From NCBI GenBank assembly GCA_021809805.1, contig JAJZKA010000004.1, positions 1 to 52,675 of the forward strand: DNA of 52,675 nt. The letters are read 5' to 3'. Made by a program: the position numbers and the translations under genes. How positions within the stretch are numbered: the first letter of the stretch is position 1; each line of letters begins with the position of its first letter. The stretch is from Actinomycetes bacterium (GTDB lineage Bacteria; Actinomycetota; Acidimicrobiia; Acidimicrobiales; Bog-793). Shown here piece by piece: positions 1 to 9,431 of this stretch. The notes under the pieces are model-generated. The model saw only the letters and a list, made by a program, of their open reading frames with translations. It was not told the origin of the DNA and searched no databases.

Positions 1-2
1 CC

Positions 3-1961
3 ATTGGTAGTCAGGGGCGCGGTGCCATGACGGCCCGGTTCCCCATCCCCCTTTCGATCTGTACGTGCGGTTCTCCCGCATACAGCTCACCGACGGTCGT
101 TCTGGACATGGTTACGCTGCCTTCGGATAGCGGATCGTGCCGAGAAGCTTGTGCAGACCCTGGTCGTGGAACCAGGCCTCGGTCCAGCGGTTCGCCTGGC
201 CGGCATGGAGGTTGCGGCCTCGCTTCTTCACGAGCAAGGAACGGAGCCGTCCGACAACATAGCGGTCAAGCTGGCGGAACTTGTTGGACGCATTCCCATT
301 GCGGAAGTAGTTGGCCCAGCCCCGGAGGAACTGGTTGAGGCGGCCGATGACCACCTCCAGCTCCTGTCCGACCTGGCTTCGCTCGGTGAGGGCATGGACC
401 TTGACCCGAGCACGCTTCATCGACCGCAGAGACGGCCAGCGCTGGAGGTAGTAGCGGACGATGCGCCGCTGCTCCCAGAGCCGACCCGACATGCGGGCGT
501 GGAAGTGGCACCCGAGGAAGTCGAAGCCCTCTTTGCCCTCCCGGAGGTCGACCACCTTGGTCTTGTCCGGGTGAAGGACCAGACCAAGCTCGCCGAGGAG
601 CAAAGCTGCCTGCTCCCGGGCACGTTCGGCCTGCTCCTGGGATCCGCACAACACGACGAAGTCGTCCGCGTAGCGGACGACTTCTCCCGTGCCGGACTCG
701 GCCCAGGCCCGATCGAAGGCGTGCAGGAAGATGTTGGCAAGAAGCGGGGAGATCACCCCGCCCTGGGGAGTCCCCGTGACCGTCTCGGAGAGCACCCCGT
801 CTGCCAGCACCCCAGCAGTGAGCCAGCCACGAAGGAGCTTCAGCACCCGGCGGTCCGAGACCCGCTCTTCGACGAGCGACAGCAACCTGTCATGGTCGAT
901 CGAGCCGAAGAAGTCCCTGATGTCGGCCTCGAAGACGAACTGGCTGCCTTCAATGAAGCCGACCCGAATCCTCTCCAGGGCCTGGAGCGCCGAACGCTTC
1001 GGGCGGAACCCATACGAGCAGCTGAGGAAGTCGGCCTCGAACACTGGCTCGAGGACGAGCTTTGCCGCCTGCTGGGCCACCCGGTCCTTCAGCGTGGGAA
1101 TGCCGAGCGGGCGCTTTCGCCCGTCCGGCTTTGGGATCTCCACCCGACGCACGGGCGCCGGGTGGTAGTTGCCTGCACGGAGGTCACGTTGCAACTCGTC
1201 GAGGAGACGAGCCACGCCGTAGTCCTCCACCGCTTTGAGGGTCATTCCATCGACCCCCGCAGCGCCACGGTTGGCACGGACCCGCTCCCACGCCTCTGCG
1301 AGGACGTCATCTCGACAGATGCGGTCATAAAGGGCGTGGAAGCGCCGTTCCTCTGACTGCTTGGCCGCAGCCCATAGCCGGTTCTGGAGGCGTCGAACGT
1401 TGGCGGGGGCCAGATGGCGGCCCTCGGGGTAGTTGTCCGGAGCGGTCCCCGGCATGCCCTTGCGCGTTCCTCTGTCACCGGCGTGACCGAAGTCGGGGCC
1501 CTTCCCTCCTGCCGGGTTGCTCCCGGCGATCAGCAGTACTACGACCCCGTCGGACTCCCGCTTGCCTCCGGACGCTTTCACCACTGGCTTATACGTCCGG
1601 TCTTTGCTGACGAGGCTGGCAAGACGGGCCTCTCCTGTTCCGAACCACCCCGTGCGTACGTGCCGCTCCCCGTACCCCGAGGGGACCCGACCAGAGGCAT
1701 CTCCGGAACTTGCCAGGAGGTCGGACGTGGGCCTTCGCCGTGACATGAGCGGCTCGGCTCCCCTGTTGTAAATGTGACGAGGCTGCAGGACTCGGCCCGG
1801 GTGGACCTACGGCCCGCACGCTTGCTCCCTCCAAAGAGGCTCTCGACGCCCCGCTCGGCCCGCCGCCTCTCGGCGACGAGCTGGGGCCTGCTACCGGGCT
1901 CTCCGGCGATTACCCGGACGGGACTTTCACCCGCAGGGCTGGTCCAGCTTTCAGGACGCAA
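3..1961 (-). mobile_element. Group II intron (ribozyme + intron-encoded RT), apparently full length
   Basis: Minus strand begins TTGCGTCCTGAAAGCTGG at 1961 (GUGYG-like). Domain V GAGCTGTATGCGGGAGAACCGCACGTACAGATC lies at 88-56 with the AGC triad, followed by domain VI ending CTACCAAT at 3. RT ORF inside. Confidence 0.9.
112..1455 (-). CDS. ltrA: Group II intron reverse transcriptase/maturase, no C-terminal endonuclease domain
   Basis: Motifs RPLGIP, SYGFRP, GTPQGGVISPLLANIFL, YADD, GFDFLG and domain X (LRGWANYF). Likely start ATG 1455; the upstream part of ORF 112..1746 is intron RNA. Confidence 0.95.
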   Translation of the reverse strand: MPGTAPDNYPEGRHLAPANVRRLQNRLWAAAKQSEERRFHALYDRICRDDVLAEAWERVRANRGAAGVDGMTLKAVEDYGVARLLDELQRDLRAGNYHPAPVRRVEIPKPDGRKRPLGIPTLKDRVAQQAAKLVLEPVFEADFLSCSYGFRPKRSALQALERIRVGFIEGSQFVFEADIRDFFGSIDHDRLLSLVEERVSDRRVLKLLRGWLTAGVLADGVLSETVTGTPQGGVISPLLANIFLHAFDRAWAESGTGEVVRYADDFVVLCGSQEQAERAREQAALLLGELGLVLHPDKTKVVDLREGKEGFDFLGCHFHARMSGRLWEQRRIVRYYLQRWPSLRSMKRARVKVHALTERSQVGQELEVVIGRLNQFLRGWANYFRNGNASNKFRQLDRYVVGRLRSLLVKKRGRNLHAGQANRWTEAWFHDQGLHKLLGTIRYPKAA

Positions 1962-2125
1962 CATGGCCTCAGCGTACCAACCAGGGCGACAATCTTCCAC
2001 AACCACGGGCCAGAAGCTCCGTGGCCCGAAGCTAGAGAACGACCAGGGCGCAAATCCTCCGCGACCGCGGCAAGTCCGCTGGTGAGCGTTGTGGCGCTGG
2101 TAGTAATGCCGCTGATGTAACTCGG

Positions 2126-2168
2126 AAAAACGAAGAGCGGACCACGCTGGGAACGCGGCCCGCTCTTC
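2126..2168 (-). terminator. Intrinsic terminator on the antisense strand upstream of the putative rep gene
   Basis: Minus strand GAAGAGCGGGCCGCGT-TCCCA-GCGTGGTCCGCTCTTC-GTTTTT. The 16-bp stem's mismatches are G-U pairs only on the minus strand, and a U-tract follows. Confidence 0.75.
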
Positions 2169-2216
2169 CAGAAGTGACCGGCCCGCTACGGGGGCCGACC
2201 AACGTCGTCACGTGCG
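2126..2216 (-). ncRNA. Putative counter-transcribed antisense RNA (about 90 nt) for copy-number control
   Basis: -10-like TAGTGT at 2228-2223 on the minus strand, a small GGCCC/GGGCC hairpin near 2179-2196, then the terminator. Lies in the leader of the rep-like gene. Function is inference. Confidence 0.45.
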
Positions 2217-2284
2217 TCGACGACACTAGGTCAAGCGCGCCCGTAGGTGGTGGACGGTCGATCCATCGCGTCGGGAGGAGCTTG

Positions 2285-3649
2285 ATGTCGGAGGGGTTGG
2301 CTGCGACACCGCAGCCAGGGGCGCTGCGCGGTCTGAGGCGCGCCGAGAGCTGGGCGCTCGAGGTGACCGAGCGCGACGGCGTCCCCCTCTCCGACGGCAG
2401 GGTGCTCGTACCGCTACGCCAGAGCGAGCTGCTGCGCCGCATGGGCCTCGATGCAACGAACGGGCTCGTCAGTCGCTACCTCTCGCAGCTCGGCTCGATC
2501 GTGGAGCGCCGAGGCGGCGGCGGGCTCATCTTCGACGTCGCGCGTCTCCAGAGCGCTGCCGCGGCTCGCCCACGTCTCCAAACGGTGCCTCGGGGATCCG
2601 AACCGCCGGGGGGCAGATGGCGGAGCGGCTCGGGCGGGGGCACTCCTCCAGGGGCGGGCGATCCAGATCTGGTCGAGGAGCTCGAAGCCGCCCGCGACCT
2701 CATCGCTGCCCAAGCGCGGTACATCGCGGTGCTGAACGCGCGCTCGGGCGTAGCTACGCCTTCCCTAGCAACGGGTCCCGCCGCCGCCTCTCTCCCGCTC
2801 GCAGGCGACCCATTCGCCGCGGCGCGCGACCAGAGTTCGCGCGCCGCGGCGCGCGAACTGACTGACGGCCGCGCGATTCCGCGCGAATCGCGCGCGGCTT
2901 TAGAGGAGTTAAAAGAAGCTAGAGCTAGCTTTTACACAAATATGCATGAAGAAGCTCAGCTAGCTTCTTCACTCTCGGTGGACCCGCGCGCGGAAGGGCG
3001 CGCGGCCGAGGTCGCTTTCCGCGCGACACCTCGGCCGCAAGAGGGCTCGGGTGACATCCCGCACGCACCGAGCGGAGGCGCGAGTCTGCCGAGAGCAGAC
3101 TGGAGCGACGACGAAATCGAGGCCCTTGTCAGCTCGCTCAGCGAAGCGTGTAAGACCCGGAGGCTCCAAGGCTTAATCAACCCGACGGGGCTCCTAGCCG
3201 CGCTCCACGCTGCTGAACTGAACCGGGCTGAGATCTACCGAGGCGCCCAGGCGATCGCTGCGCGCGTCCGCTCCGGCGAACAAATCAGCTCTCCATTCGG
3301 GCTGCTCACGAAGGCGGCGCAAGAGGGCTGGCGTCAATACTTCGAGCCTTCCACGGCCCATCTCGAGCGGACGCCCGCCCGACGGCCAGGCCCGTCGCGC
3401 GAGGACGGGATCGAGCTCGGGGACGCGCTCGGCGGTGTCGAGGAAGCGGTCGCCATTCCAAGCGGCGTGCAGGAAGCCGACACCGCCTGCGGCGGGTCGG
3501 TCCCGGTTCTAGAAGACCGAGCAGAGCAGCTCGAGCGGCTAAGAGCGCTCCGTCGCCAGCTTCCCGACTTAGGAGGGGGCGTAGCGCTGACCGATGACAG
3601 CAGTCCCTGTCTCGGTGATCGTGAAGGAGGGAATGTTGAAGGTCCATAG
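2285..3649 (+). CDS. Putative plasmid replication initiator (N-terminal wHTH-like region, internal AT-rich patch, C-terminal helical domain)
   Basis: RBS GGGAGGAG before ATG 2285. HTH-like segment LRQSELLRRMGLDATNGLVSRYLSQL. Internal repeat and AT-rich patch as in lambda-O-type initiators. Antisense terminator upstream. Confidence 0.5.
   Translation: MSEGLAATPQPGALRGLRRAESWALEVTERDGVPLSDGRVLVPLRQSELLRRMGLDATNGLVSRYLSQLGSIVERRGGGGLIFDVARLQSAAAARPRLQTVPRGSEPPGGRWRSGSGGGTPPGAGDPDLVEELEAARDLIAAQARYIAVLNARSGVATPSLATGPAAASLPLAGDPFAAARDQSSRAAARELTDGRAIPRESRAALEELKEARASFYTNMHEEAQLASSLSVDPRAEGRAAEVAFRATPRPQEGSGDIPHAPSGGASLPRADWSDDEIEALVSSLSEACKTRRLQGLINPTGLLAALHAAELNRAEIYRGAQAIAARVRSGEQISSPFGLLTKAAQEGWRQYFEPSTAHLERTPARRPGPSREDGIELGDALGGVEEAVAIPSGVQEADTACGGSVPVLEDRAEQLERLRALRRQLPDLGGGVALTDDSSPCLGDREGGNVEGP
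2821..2975. repeat. Origin-like region: CGCGCG(A) repeats followed by an AT-rich patch with two palindromes
   Basis: About six CGCGCG-containing units at 2821-2897. AAGCTAG-ag-CTAGCTT (2916-2931) and TGAAGAAGCT-cagct-AGCTTCTTCA (2947-2971) are also imperfect direct repeats of each other. Confidence 0.55.
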
Positions 3650-4036
3650 GAACTGATTGCGGACCCACACTGTGGCGGTGCACGCGACGGTTTGCGCGGT
3701 GACGCCCTGGACGACGCAGCTGCCCCCAATCAGCTGGGCATCGCTCTGCTCGGCCTGGGCGATATACGCATCTCCGACGCTGACTGCGTCGCTTCCGTAC
3801 TGAAGCGATCCGGTAGCGCCATTATCGTCGAGATAGGAGGCCGGGAGGTCGTTGGCCGCAGCACGGGCCGCCTGCTCCGCGACGTCGGTGGCATCCCGCG
3901 ACACTGCGAGAGCGTTGCCGCCGTCGTAGACGATTCCGGCGAGAGCGACGAAGACGGGGACGAGGAGGAGACCCATGAAGGCGATTGCCCCTTCCTCGCT
4001 GCGCCGAGACCGAGCGCCAATGCCTCGAAGGTTCAT
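3569..4036 (-). CDS. TadG-like pseudopilin
   Basis: Prepilin-like RRSEEG followed by a hydrophobic helix and AEQAARAAA; last gene of the tad operon. Confidence 0.85.
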   Translation of the reverse strand: MNLRGIGARSRRSEEGAIAFMGLLLVPVFVALAGIVYDGGNALAVSRDATDVAEQAARAAANDLPASYLDDNGATGSLQYGSDAVSVGDAYIAQAEQSDAQLIGGSCVVQGVTAQTVACTATVWVRNQFLWTFNIPSFTITETGTAVIGQRYAPS

Positions 4037-4530
4037 GGGGCTGGGGTCGGCTCGCCGCCGCAGCTAGAGGTGTCGATGCTCGAGGTGAAGAGATCAGAAC
4101 AGGCCTGTACGGGGTCGTAATAGCTGATCGGCGCTGTCGAGGTGTCGCTGACGATTGCGTCGGATGCCTCGCCCGGTACGAGGCCGCCCGTGGCGATCTT
4201 GCAGGTGATCTTCGTGGTCACCGAGCCGTTCGGCGCCCAGTTCGCGTAGCTGATCTCTGTCGGCGGAGGGCGGTCGCAAGTTATGCCCTGGTCGATGCGC
4301 TCTTGGCCGGCAAGCGCGGACGAGGCAACGACTGAGGCCGCGTTGTCGTTCTGCTGCATCACCGAGGACTGCGATCCGAGCGCTGCGAGACCCTGGACGT
4401 CCTGATTACCGAGGGCAATTACACCGGCGGCGACAACGAGAGCGATGAGGGCGAGAAGGAATGGCACGAGGATGACGAACTCGAGTGTCTCGGCTTCACC
4501 GCGTTCGTCGTGGCGTCGACGCTTTAGCAT
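4033..4530 (-). CDS. tadE: TadE-family pseudopilin
   Basis: MLKRRRHDERGEAETLEFVILVPFLL: G then E at +6 and a TM helix. ATG 4530 overlaps the end of the upstream gene. Confidence 0.85.
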   Translation of the reverse strand: MLKRRRHDERGEAETLEFVILVPFLLALIALVVAAGVIALGNQDVQGLAALGSQSSVMQQNDNAASVVASSALAGQERIDQGITCDRPPPTEISYANWAPNGSVTTKITCKIATGGLVPGEASDAIVSDTSTAPISYYDPVQACSDLFTSSIDTSSCGGEPTPAP

Positions 4531-4985
4531 GCGGCTACTCCTGTGCTTGCGGACCCGGGCGTGCCGCCGACGAGGTCTTGGACGGGCGCGATCGCCGAAG
4601 CGCTCACGCCGAGGGGGATGAAGCTGATGCCAAACAGGTTGGTGACCCGACCCGTCACAGTGATCTCGGGGAGAGCCGCCCCCTGGGCGCCGGTCATGCA
4701 GACCGAGCTCGTGACGCTCCCGATGAAGTTGCCGCCCAGTCGGCTTGCATCGACCGCAGCCAGGGTCGTTCCTGCCTCGACGTCGGCCCCGGTCGCGGCG
4801 AATGTTGCTCCGTCCTGAGCCGCCACCCTCACTGCCTCTTGGGCGTAGATCCAGAAAGCGAACTGCACCGCCAGCCCGATGATCAGCAAGAGCAAGGGGA
4901 AGAGCAGCAGGAGAGCGATGGTCGAGGCCTCGCCAGCCTCGCCACGCTCCCCCGCCCTCTTCCTCGCAAACGCCGCCTGACTCCT
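4524..4985 (-). CDS. tadE: TadE-family pseudopilin (start codon uncertain)
   Basis: ERGEAGEASTIALLLLFPLLLLIIGLAVQFAFWIYAQ...AAQDGA is a typical TadE N-terminus. No canonical in-frame start is seen next to the RBS at 4981-4986. Confidence 0.75.
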   Translation of the reverse strand, partial: RSQAAFARKRAGERGEAGEASTIALLLLFPLLLLIIGLAVQFAFWIYAQEAVRVAAQDGATFAATGADVEAGTTLAAVDASRLGGNFIGSVTSSVCMTGAQGAALPEITVTGRVTNLFGISFIPLGVSASAIAPVQDLVGGTPGSASTGVAAC

Positions 4986-5278
4986 TACGGAGCGGATGGC
5001 GTGTTGTAGCAGGAGCTGATGCCGCCGTTGCCCGAGCCGGGGACGCAGCTCGAGATCTGTTTTCCCGCCGACGACACGGCGTTGTAGATGAAGTACGCAC
5101 CTACGCCGACGATGGTGATGGAGAAGAAGATCCACACAACACGCGGAATCATCTCCTCCCCTCGCTCGGACAGTTCCCTGCCTGTCAGCTTCTTGTGCGC
5201 CTTCCTGATGCCGTTCTCGACCCACGCGGCTGTCCCGATCGCCGACGTCTGCACGAGCCTGAAAGTTGCCACGATCAT
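4985..5278 (-). CDS. Flp-like major pilin
   Basis: 97 aa, strong RBS AAGGAGG, leader ending ERG followed by one hydrophobic helix; sits between tadC and the tadE genes. Confidence 0.7.
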   Translation of the reverse strand: MIVATFRLVQTSAIGTAAWVENGIRKAHKKLTGRELSERGEEMIPRVVWIFFSITIVGVGAYFIYNAVSSAGKQISSCVPGSGNGGISSCYNTPSAP

Positions 5279-5443
5279 CTGCTCTTTGCCTCCTTGTGGC
5301 CATAGCGTCCTAGTTCCTTAGGAAATGTCGAGGGTGCTACTGGTCGAAGCGATACTCCGAGCCCTCCCTTCCGCGATCGACGACGGGGATGTCCGATGGC
5401 TCGCCGATCGAGGACGGCGGCGTAAGGCAGAGCAGGGACCAGC

Positions 5444-6328
5444 TCATAGAAGTCCCTTGATGCCGACGACGGCGGGATAGAGGAACATCACCAGGTAGCC
5501 CACGAACATCACCATCGACGGGATGAACATCTTGCTCTGTGCGCTTTCAGCGTGGCTCTGAAGCTCCATGAGCTCCCGATGGCGCATGGTCTGCGCCTTC
5601 GCGAACAACGTCTCTCTGACCTTGCTGCCCGAGGCCTCCGCCTGTCGGAGCGTGTTCGCGATGTCGACGAGGTCCGGCATGCCCCACTCATGGCCCAGGT
5701 CCTCCAGGCCGTCCCAGGGACTCTTGTTGAGCCGCTGACCCTCGGCGCACGCGGACAGGATCAGCCGAAAATCGTTGGACTTGGTCGTCTCTGCTGCGCC
5801 GCGCATGGCCTCGTGGAGGGAACTTCCACCAGCCATCGCTTGAGCAAGGAGGAAGAGGTACACGGACACCGATCGCCGAAAACGCTCCCGTCCGAGCTTC
5901 CCGCCACTCCTGATCGAACTCACGGTGGAGAACGTCGACGCTCCGAGCGCCAGGAGGACCCCGACGAGACCGAGGGGCACGGAACGGCTGACGTCCCGAC
6001 CGATCGCCAGCGATGCCACCACGGCAAGGCCAGCAAGCATTCCTGCCGTCTTGAACCAAAGGCCCACGATCTCGTCGAGCCGTCGGTTGCTAATCTGGAC
6101 ATCGAGGGCAAGACTCCGCCGGTACCAAGGCAGGTCATCGACCCGCTCGGCAATACGGGCGGCGGCGCGCCCGCTTGGGGTGGTGATGTTGAAGGTTCCC
6201 GCCGGGCCGCGGTTGCCGTCCAGTCGCGCCACTGACTGAGCGAGTGACGGTCGCGAACCGATAATGGCTCGGACGATCCCGGTGAGGCCGAGGCCTGCCA
6301 TGATCCCCAGCAAGACGGCGCTGATCAC
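5444..6328 (-). CDS. tadC: TadC-like T2SSF-domain membrane protein
   Basis: TM segments; AGGSSLHEAM, GSKVRETLFAKAQTMR, KMFIP...FLYPA pattern. GTG start overlaps the tadB stop. Confidence 0.85.
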   Translation of the reverse strand: MISAVLLGIMAGLGLTGIVRAIIGSRPSLAQSVARLDGNRGPAGTFNITTPSGRAAARIAERVDDLPWYRRSLALDVQISNRRLDEIVGLWFKTAGMLAGLAVVASLAIGRDVSRSVPLGLVGVLLALGASTFSTVSSIRSGGKLGRERFRRSVSVYLFLLAQAMAGGSSLHEAMRGAAETTKSNDFRLILSACAEGQRLNKSPWDGLEDLGHEWGMPDLVDIANTLRQAEASGSKVRETLFAKAQTMRHRELMELQSHAESAQSKMFIPSMVMFVGYLVMFLYPAVVGIKGLL

Positions 6329-7179
6329 GCCGCACTCCTCTGGTCTTCGATCGGTGTGAAAAGACGCGGCGCCTTCACCGGGCGGGCGATGCGTGCGAAG
6401 AGCGCAATCGCCACGAGGTAGATGCCAAAGATGAAGACGATTGCGATGGCTCCCTCGAGCGTGTGGTAAGGCTTCATCCACTTGCGGCCGACGACCGGCA
6501 TGAGGAACGCGACGAGGGCCGAAATGGCGATCACGCCCTTCAACTCGTTCCGCGACTTGCGCTCAGAGATAGCGACCCGCTGGCGCATGGCGATTTCCTC
6601 GCGAGCAGCAGTTGCCACCTCGCTGAGCATGGAGGCGACACCCGTTCCGTGTCGCGGCTGCATCGCTTGGATGAGCCCGGCCACACACACGTCCGCCAGC
6701 TCATCGTCCATCGCATCGGCGAAGGTCCGCAGAGCGATTTCTGAGTCCTTCCCCGCAGCCAGATCCGCGGCGAGCCGGCGCAGCTCGCTCACGATGGCCG
6801 CTGGCGCGTGTGCAGCAGTCATCTGAATGGCCTCGTTGAGGCCCGTCCCGCCGCTAACGCTGTCCCTCATTGCTTCGAGCCAGAGCGCCAAACCTTCGAG
6901 GCGCGCCACATTACGAGCACTGCGGTTGTCGCCGAAAAACATCGGAGCGATGAAGCCGGCGACTCCCGCCGCCAGACCGAAGGCGATGATCCCGGTGGCG
7001 ATCGACAGCAGAATGGCCCCGACTATGGGGCCGGCGATGCGCACGGGTGTCATCACGATGCCCGTGCCGCTTCGGCGGCCCTTCGTCGACCAGGATGACA
7101 GCGAGGGAGCGAGTGCCCGCGTGAGAGCGACTAACCCCGCGGCGAACGCGCACCCGAGGAGAGCGACGACCGCGGTCAT
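6325..7179 (-). CDS. tadB: TadB-like T2SSF-domain membrane protein
   Basis: LEGLALWLEAMRD...GLNEAI, ALRTFADAMDD, PYHTLEG; follows tadA. Confidence 0.85.
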   Translation of the reverse strand: MTAVVALLGCAFAAGLVALTRALAPSLSSWSTKGRRSGTGIVMTPVRIAGPIVGAILLSIATGIIAFGLAAGVAGFIAPMFFGDNRSARNVARLEGLALWLEAMRDSVSGGTGLNEAIQMTAAHAPAAIVSELRRLAADLAAGKDSEIALRTFADAMDDELADVCVAGLIQAMQPRHGTGVASMLSEVATAAREEIAMRQRVAISERKSRNELKGVIAISALVAFLMPVVGRKWMKPYHTLEGAIAIVFIFGIYLVAIALFARIARPVKAPRLFTPIEDQRSAA

Positions 7180-7330
7180 GCTTCCTCCGCAATCTCAGTT
7201 GTCTCGGGAAGCGACAGTTCCACGGCCTCGGCTACCTCGCCGCGGTCTGGGCTGAGGAAGACGGGATGGTCTACGGCCCCCTTGCGGTGCGCACCGGGAC
7301 GCACGAGCGGTATTGCCGTCACGGTCGCGA

Positions 7331-8629
7331 TCACGTCCACGCCGGTTCCGTCGCGATGAACTCGTAGCCGACGCGCTCGAGGGACGTCCGAAGGTCCTTC
7401 GTTGGCGGAACGCTGGTCTGGACGGCTCGGAAGGACTCTGGATCTGGCCTCCAGAGCTCGCTCGTCATGCGACGACCGTCGATGTAGCCCTCGACCTCTC
7501 TGATCGACGACACCACTCGCCGCATACCGAGGTGCTCGCCGCCTTCGATGATAGGAACCGCATCGATTTGTACAACCAGGTGGATTGTCGAGCAGATGAG
7601 GCGCTCCACCGCCTCCACCGGAAGCTGCTGGTCCTCGAGCGCGTACATCGTGAGGCGCTGGAAGGCGACCTCAGAGTTCTCAGCGTGGATCGTGCACATC
7701 GAGCCACTTCGGCCCTGCGACATCGCCTTCAGCATCGGGACGACCTCCGAGCCGAGCACCTCGCCGACGATCACTCGGTCGGCGTTCATGTGCAGTGTCG
7801 ACTTGACGAGTTCGGCCATCGTCATCTCGCCCTGGCCTTCAGCGTTTGCCTCCCGTGCCTCCATGGCAACACAGTCGGGGTGGCGAGCCTCCTGGGCGTC
7901 GAGGCCGAGTTCGAGAGTCTGCTCTACCGTGATAATTCGCTCGGCCGGTGGGATCTCCGCGCAGAGGGCGCGCAGGAGGGTGGTCTTGCCTCCGTTCATG
8001 GGCCCGGCGACGACGATGTTTTTCTTCGCCTGAACGCAAGCCACGAGGAACTCGGCGAGGTCCGCATCAAGCATCCCGTGCAGCACGAGGTCTCCGAGCG
8101 GCATGTCGCCGAGTCGGTGTCGCCGGATCGAGACAGATGGGTGTGGCGATACGCCCTGGACGGCGCACATGCGTGAGCCGTCGCGCAGGCGAACCTTCAC
8201 AATCGGATGCGCGCGGTCGAAGCGTCGTTCGGTTAGGCCGTGACTAGCAACTGCGGTGCCAATGACTCGGACCACTTCGTCGTCGTTGGGGAACAAGTCC
8301 TCATAGAGGAGTTTGCGACCATCCCCGAAGCGGATGAAGGTCTTTGCAGCACCGACCACGTCGATGTTCTCGACGTTCTGGTCGTCTAGAAACGGCTGCA
8401 GCGGTCCAAGGCCGTAGAGCGCAGCGAAGAGCTCTGTCCCAAGAGCGTGCTCTTCTTCCGGGGACAGCGCGTGCTCGCTCGACGAGTAGTCGCCGACCAC
8501 GCGGCGGATGCAGCGTGTCCGCATCTCGTCCTGGCTCTCGGACGTCTGGGCGCCGCCTGCGACCTCGTCCGCGACGAGCTGGGAACAGCGGTCACGGAGC
8601 TGCACAAATACTTCATGCGGTAGCGGCAC
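7331..8629 (-). CDS. tadA: CpaF/TadA pilus assembly ATPase
   Basis: GLGPLQPFLDD, Walker A GPMNGGKTT, RIITVE, DRVIVGEV, TIHA. Confidence 0.95.
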   Translation of the reverse strand: MPLPHEVFVQLRDRCSQLVADEVAGGAQTSESQDEMRTRCIRRVVGDYSSSEHALSPEEEHALGTELFAALYGLGPLQPFLDDQNVENIDVVGAAKTFIRFGDGRKLLYEDLFPNDDEVVRVIGTAVASHGLTERRFDRAHPIVKVRLRDGSRMCAVQGVSPHPSVSIRRHRLGDMPLGDLVLHGMLDADLAEFLVACVQAKKNIVVAGPMNGGKTTLLRALCAEIPPAERIITVEQTLELGLDAQEARHPDCVAMEAREANAEGQGEMTMAELVKSTLHMNADRVIVGEVLGSEVVPMLKAMSQGRSGSMCTIHAENSEVAFQRLTMYALEDQQLPVEAVERLICSTIHLVVQIDAVPIIEGGEHLGMRRVVSSIREVEGYIDGRRMTSELWRPDPESFRAVQTSVPPTKDLRTSLERVGYEFIATEPAWT

Positions 8630-9431
8630 CGGTCATCTCCTTGTTTTCCACGGGGTGCTCGACGAACTCCGCCTCGAGGGCGACTGCGAGAGCAGCCAGC
8701 GCGCCGAGCACGCGAGACCTGCGTTGCCTTTTGGGTTCGGCGCCGACGACGTGCGGACCCGCCTTATCCGGCTCGAAGGGAATTTGCGCCGCGACAGGGG
8801 TCGGGACCTTGGCGTCGGCGAGGAACCCAGCGAACTCTGAGGGGTGGTACGGCTTCTCGCCGATCACTACCAGTCGGACCGTTGAGGCGTCGTGGCCTCC
8901 CCCGGCTCGAATGCTCGTTAGGAGCGGCAGGCGAGCTCGTGCGTAGCGCGCTTGCTCGATGCTGGGCTGAACGACGACCAGGACCACGGCACTCCGAGCG
9001 ATCAGCTCACGCTGCGTTTGCGCGGCTGGCTGGACGCGCCCGGCGTCGGCGATGACGACGCCGGGGTGGGTCACGATCGCTCGGGCTACCCGGTTCCAGT
9101 TGCCCTCGGGATCGCCACTGACATGGTCCGGGTTGTCGAGGCCAAGAAGGACAGGCAATCCACGTCCCTGCTGAGCGCTCCCCTGCCAGTCGTATACGTC
9201 GACGATGAAATCATTAAGGTCGGGACGGGCTGACGATTGGGCAACGGCTCGAATGAGGGGACCGACGCCCTTTGTTGACTGCGTGGGAACACGGGCCCAG
9301 GAGCCGAGGTCGCCACCGGACGGATCGCACTCAGCGATGAAGCGGTCGTCCCCCGGCCAAGTCAGAGCGAGGCCTGCGGCGACGGTCGTGACGCCCGGCG
9401 ATCCTTTGAGCGAACAGACGGAGATGAGCAT
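8613..9431 (-). CDS. MinD/CpaE(TadZ)-like ATPase
   Basis: SLKGSPGVTT deviant Walker A, ECDPSGGDL, VIADAGR; typical of actinobacterial tad loci. Confidence 0.8.
   Translation of the reverse strand: MLISVCSLKGSPGVTTVAAGLALTWPGDDRFIAECDPSGGDLGSWARVPTQSTKGVGPLIRAVAQSSARPDLNDFIVDVYDWQGSAQQGRGLPVLLGLDNPDHVSGDPEGNWNRVARAIVTHPGVVIADAGRVQPAAQTQRELIARSAVVLVVVQPSIEQARYARARLPLLTSIRAGGGHDASTVRLVVIGEKPYHPSEFAGFLADAKVPTPVAAQIPFEPDKAGPHVVGAEPKRQRRSRVLGALAALAVALEAEFVEHPVENKEMTGAATA

Noticed and set aside
112-1455. RT as retron, DGR or defence RT
   Set aside because: YADD, domain X and flanking domain V/VI RNA identify a group II intron.
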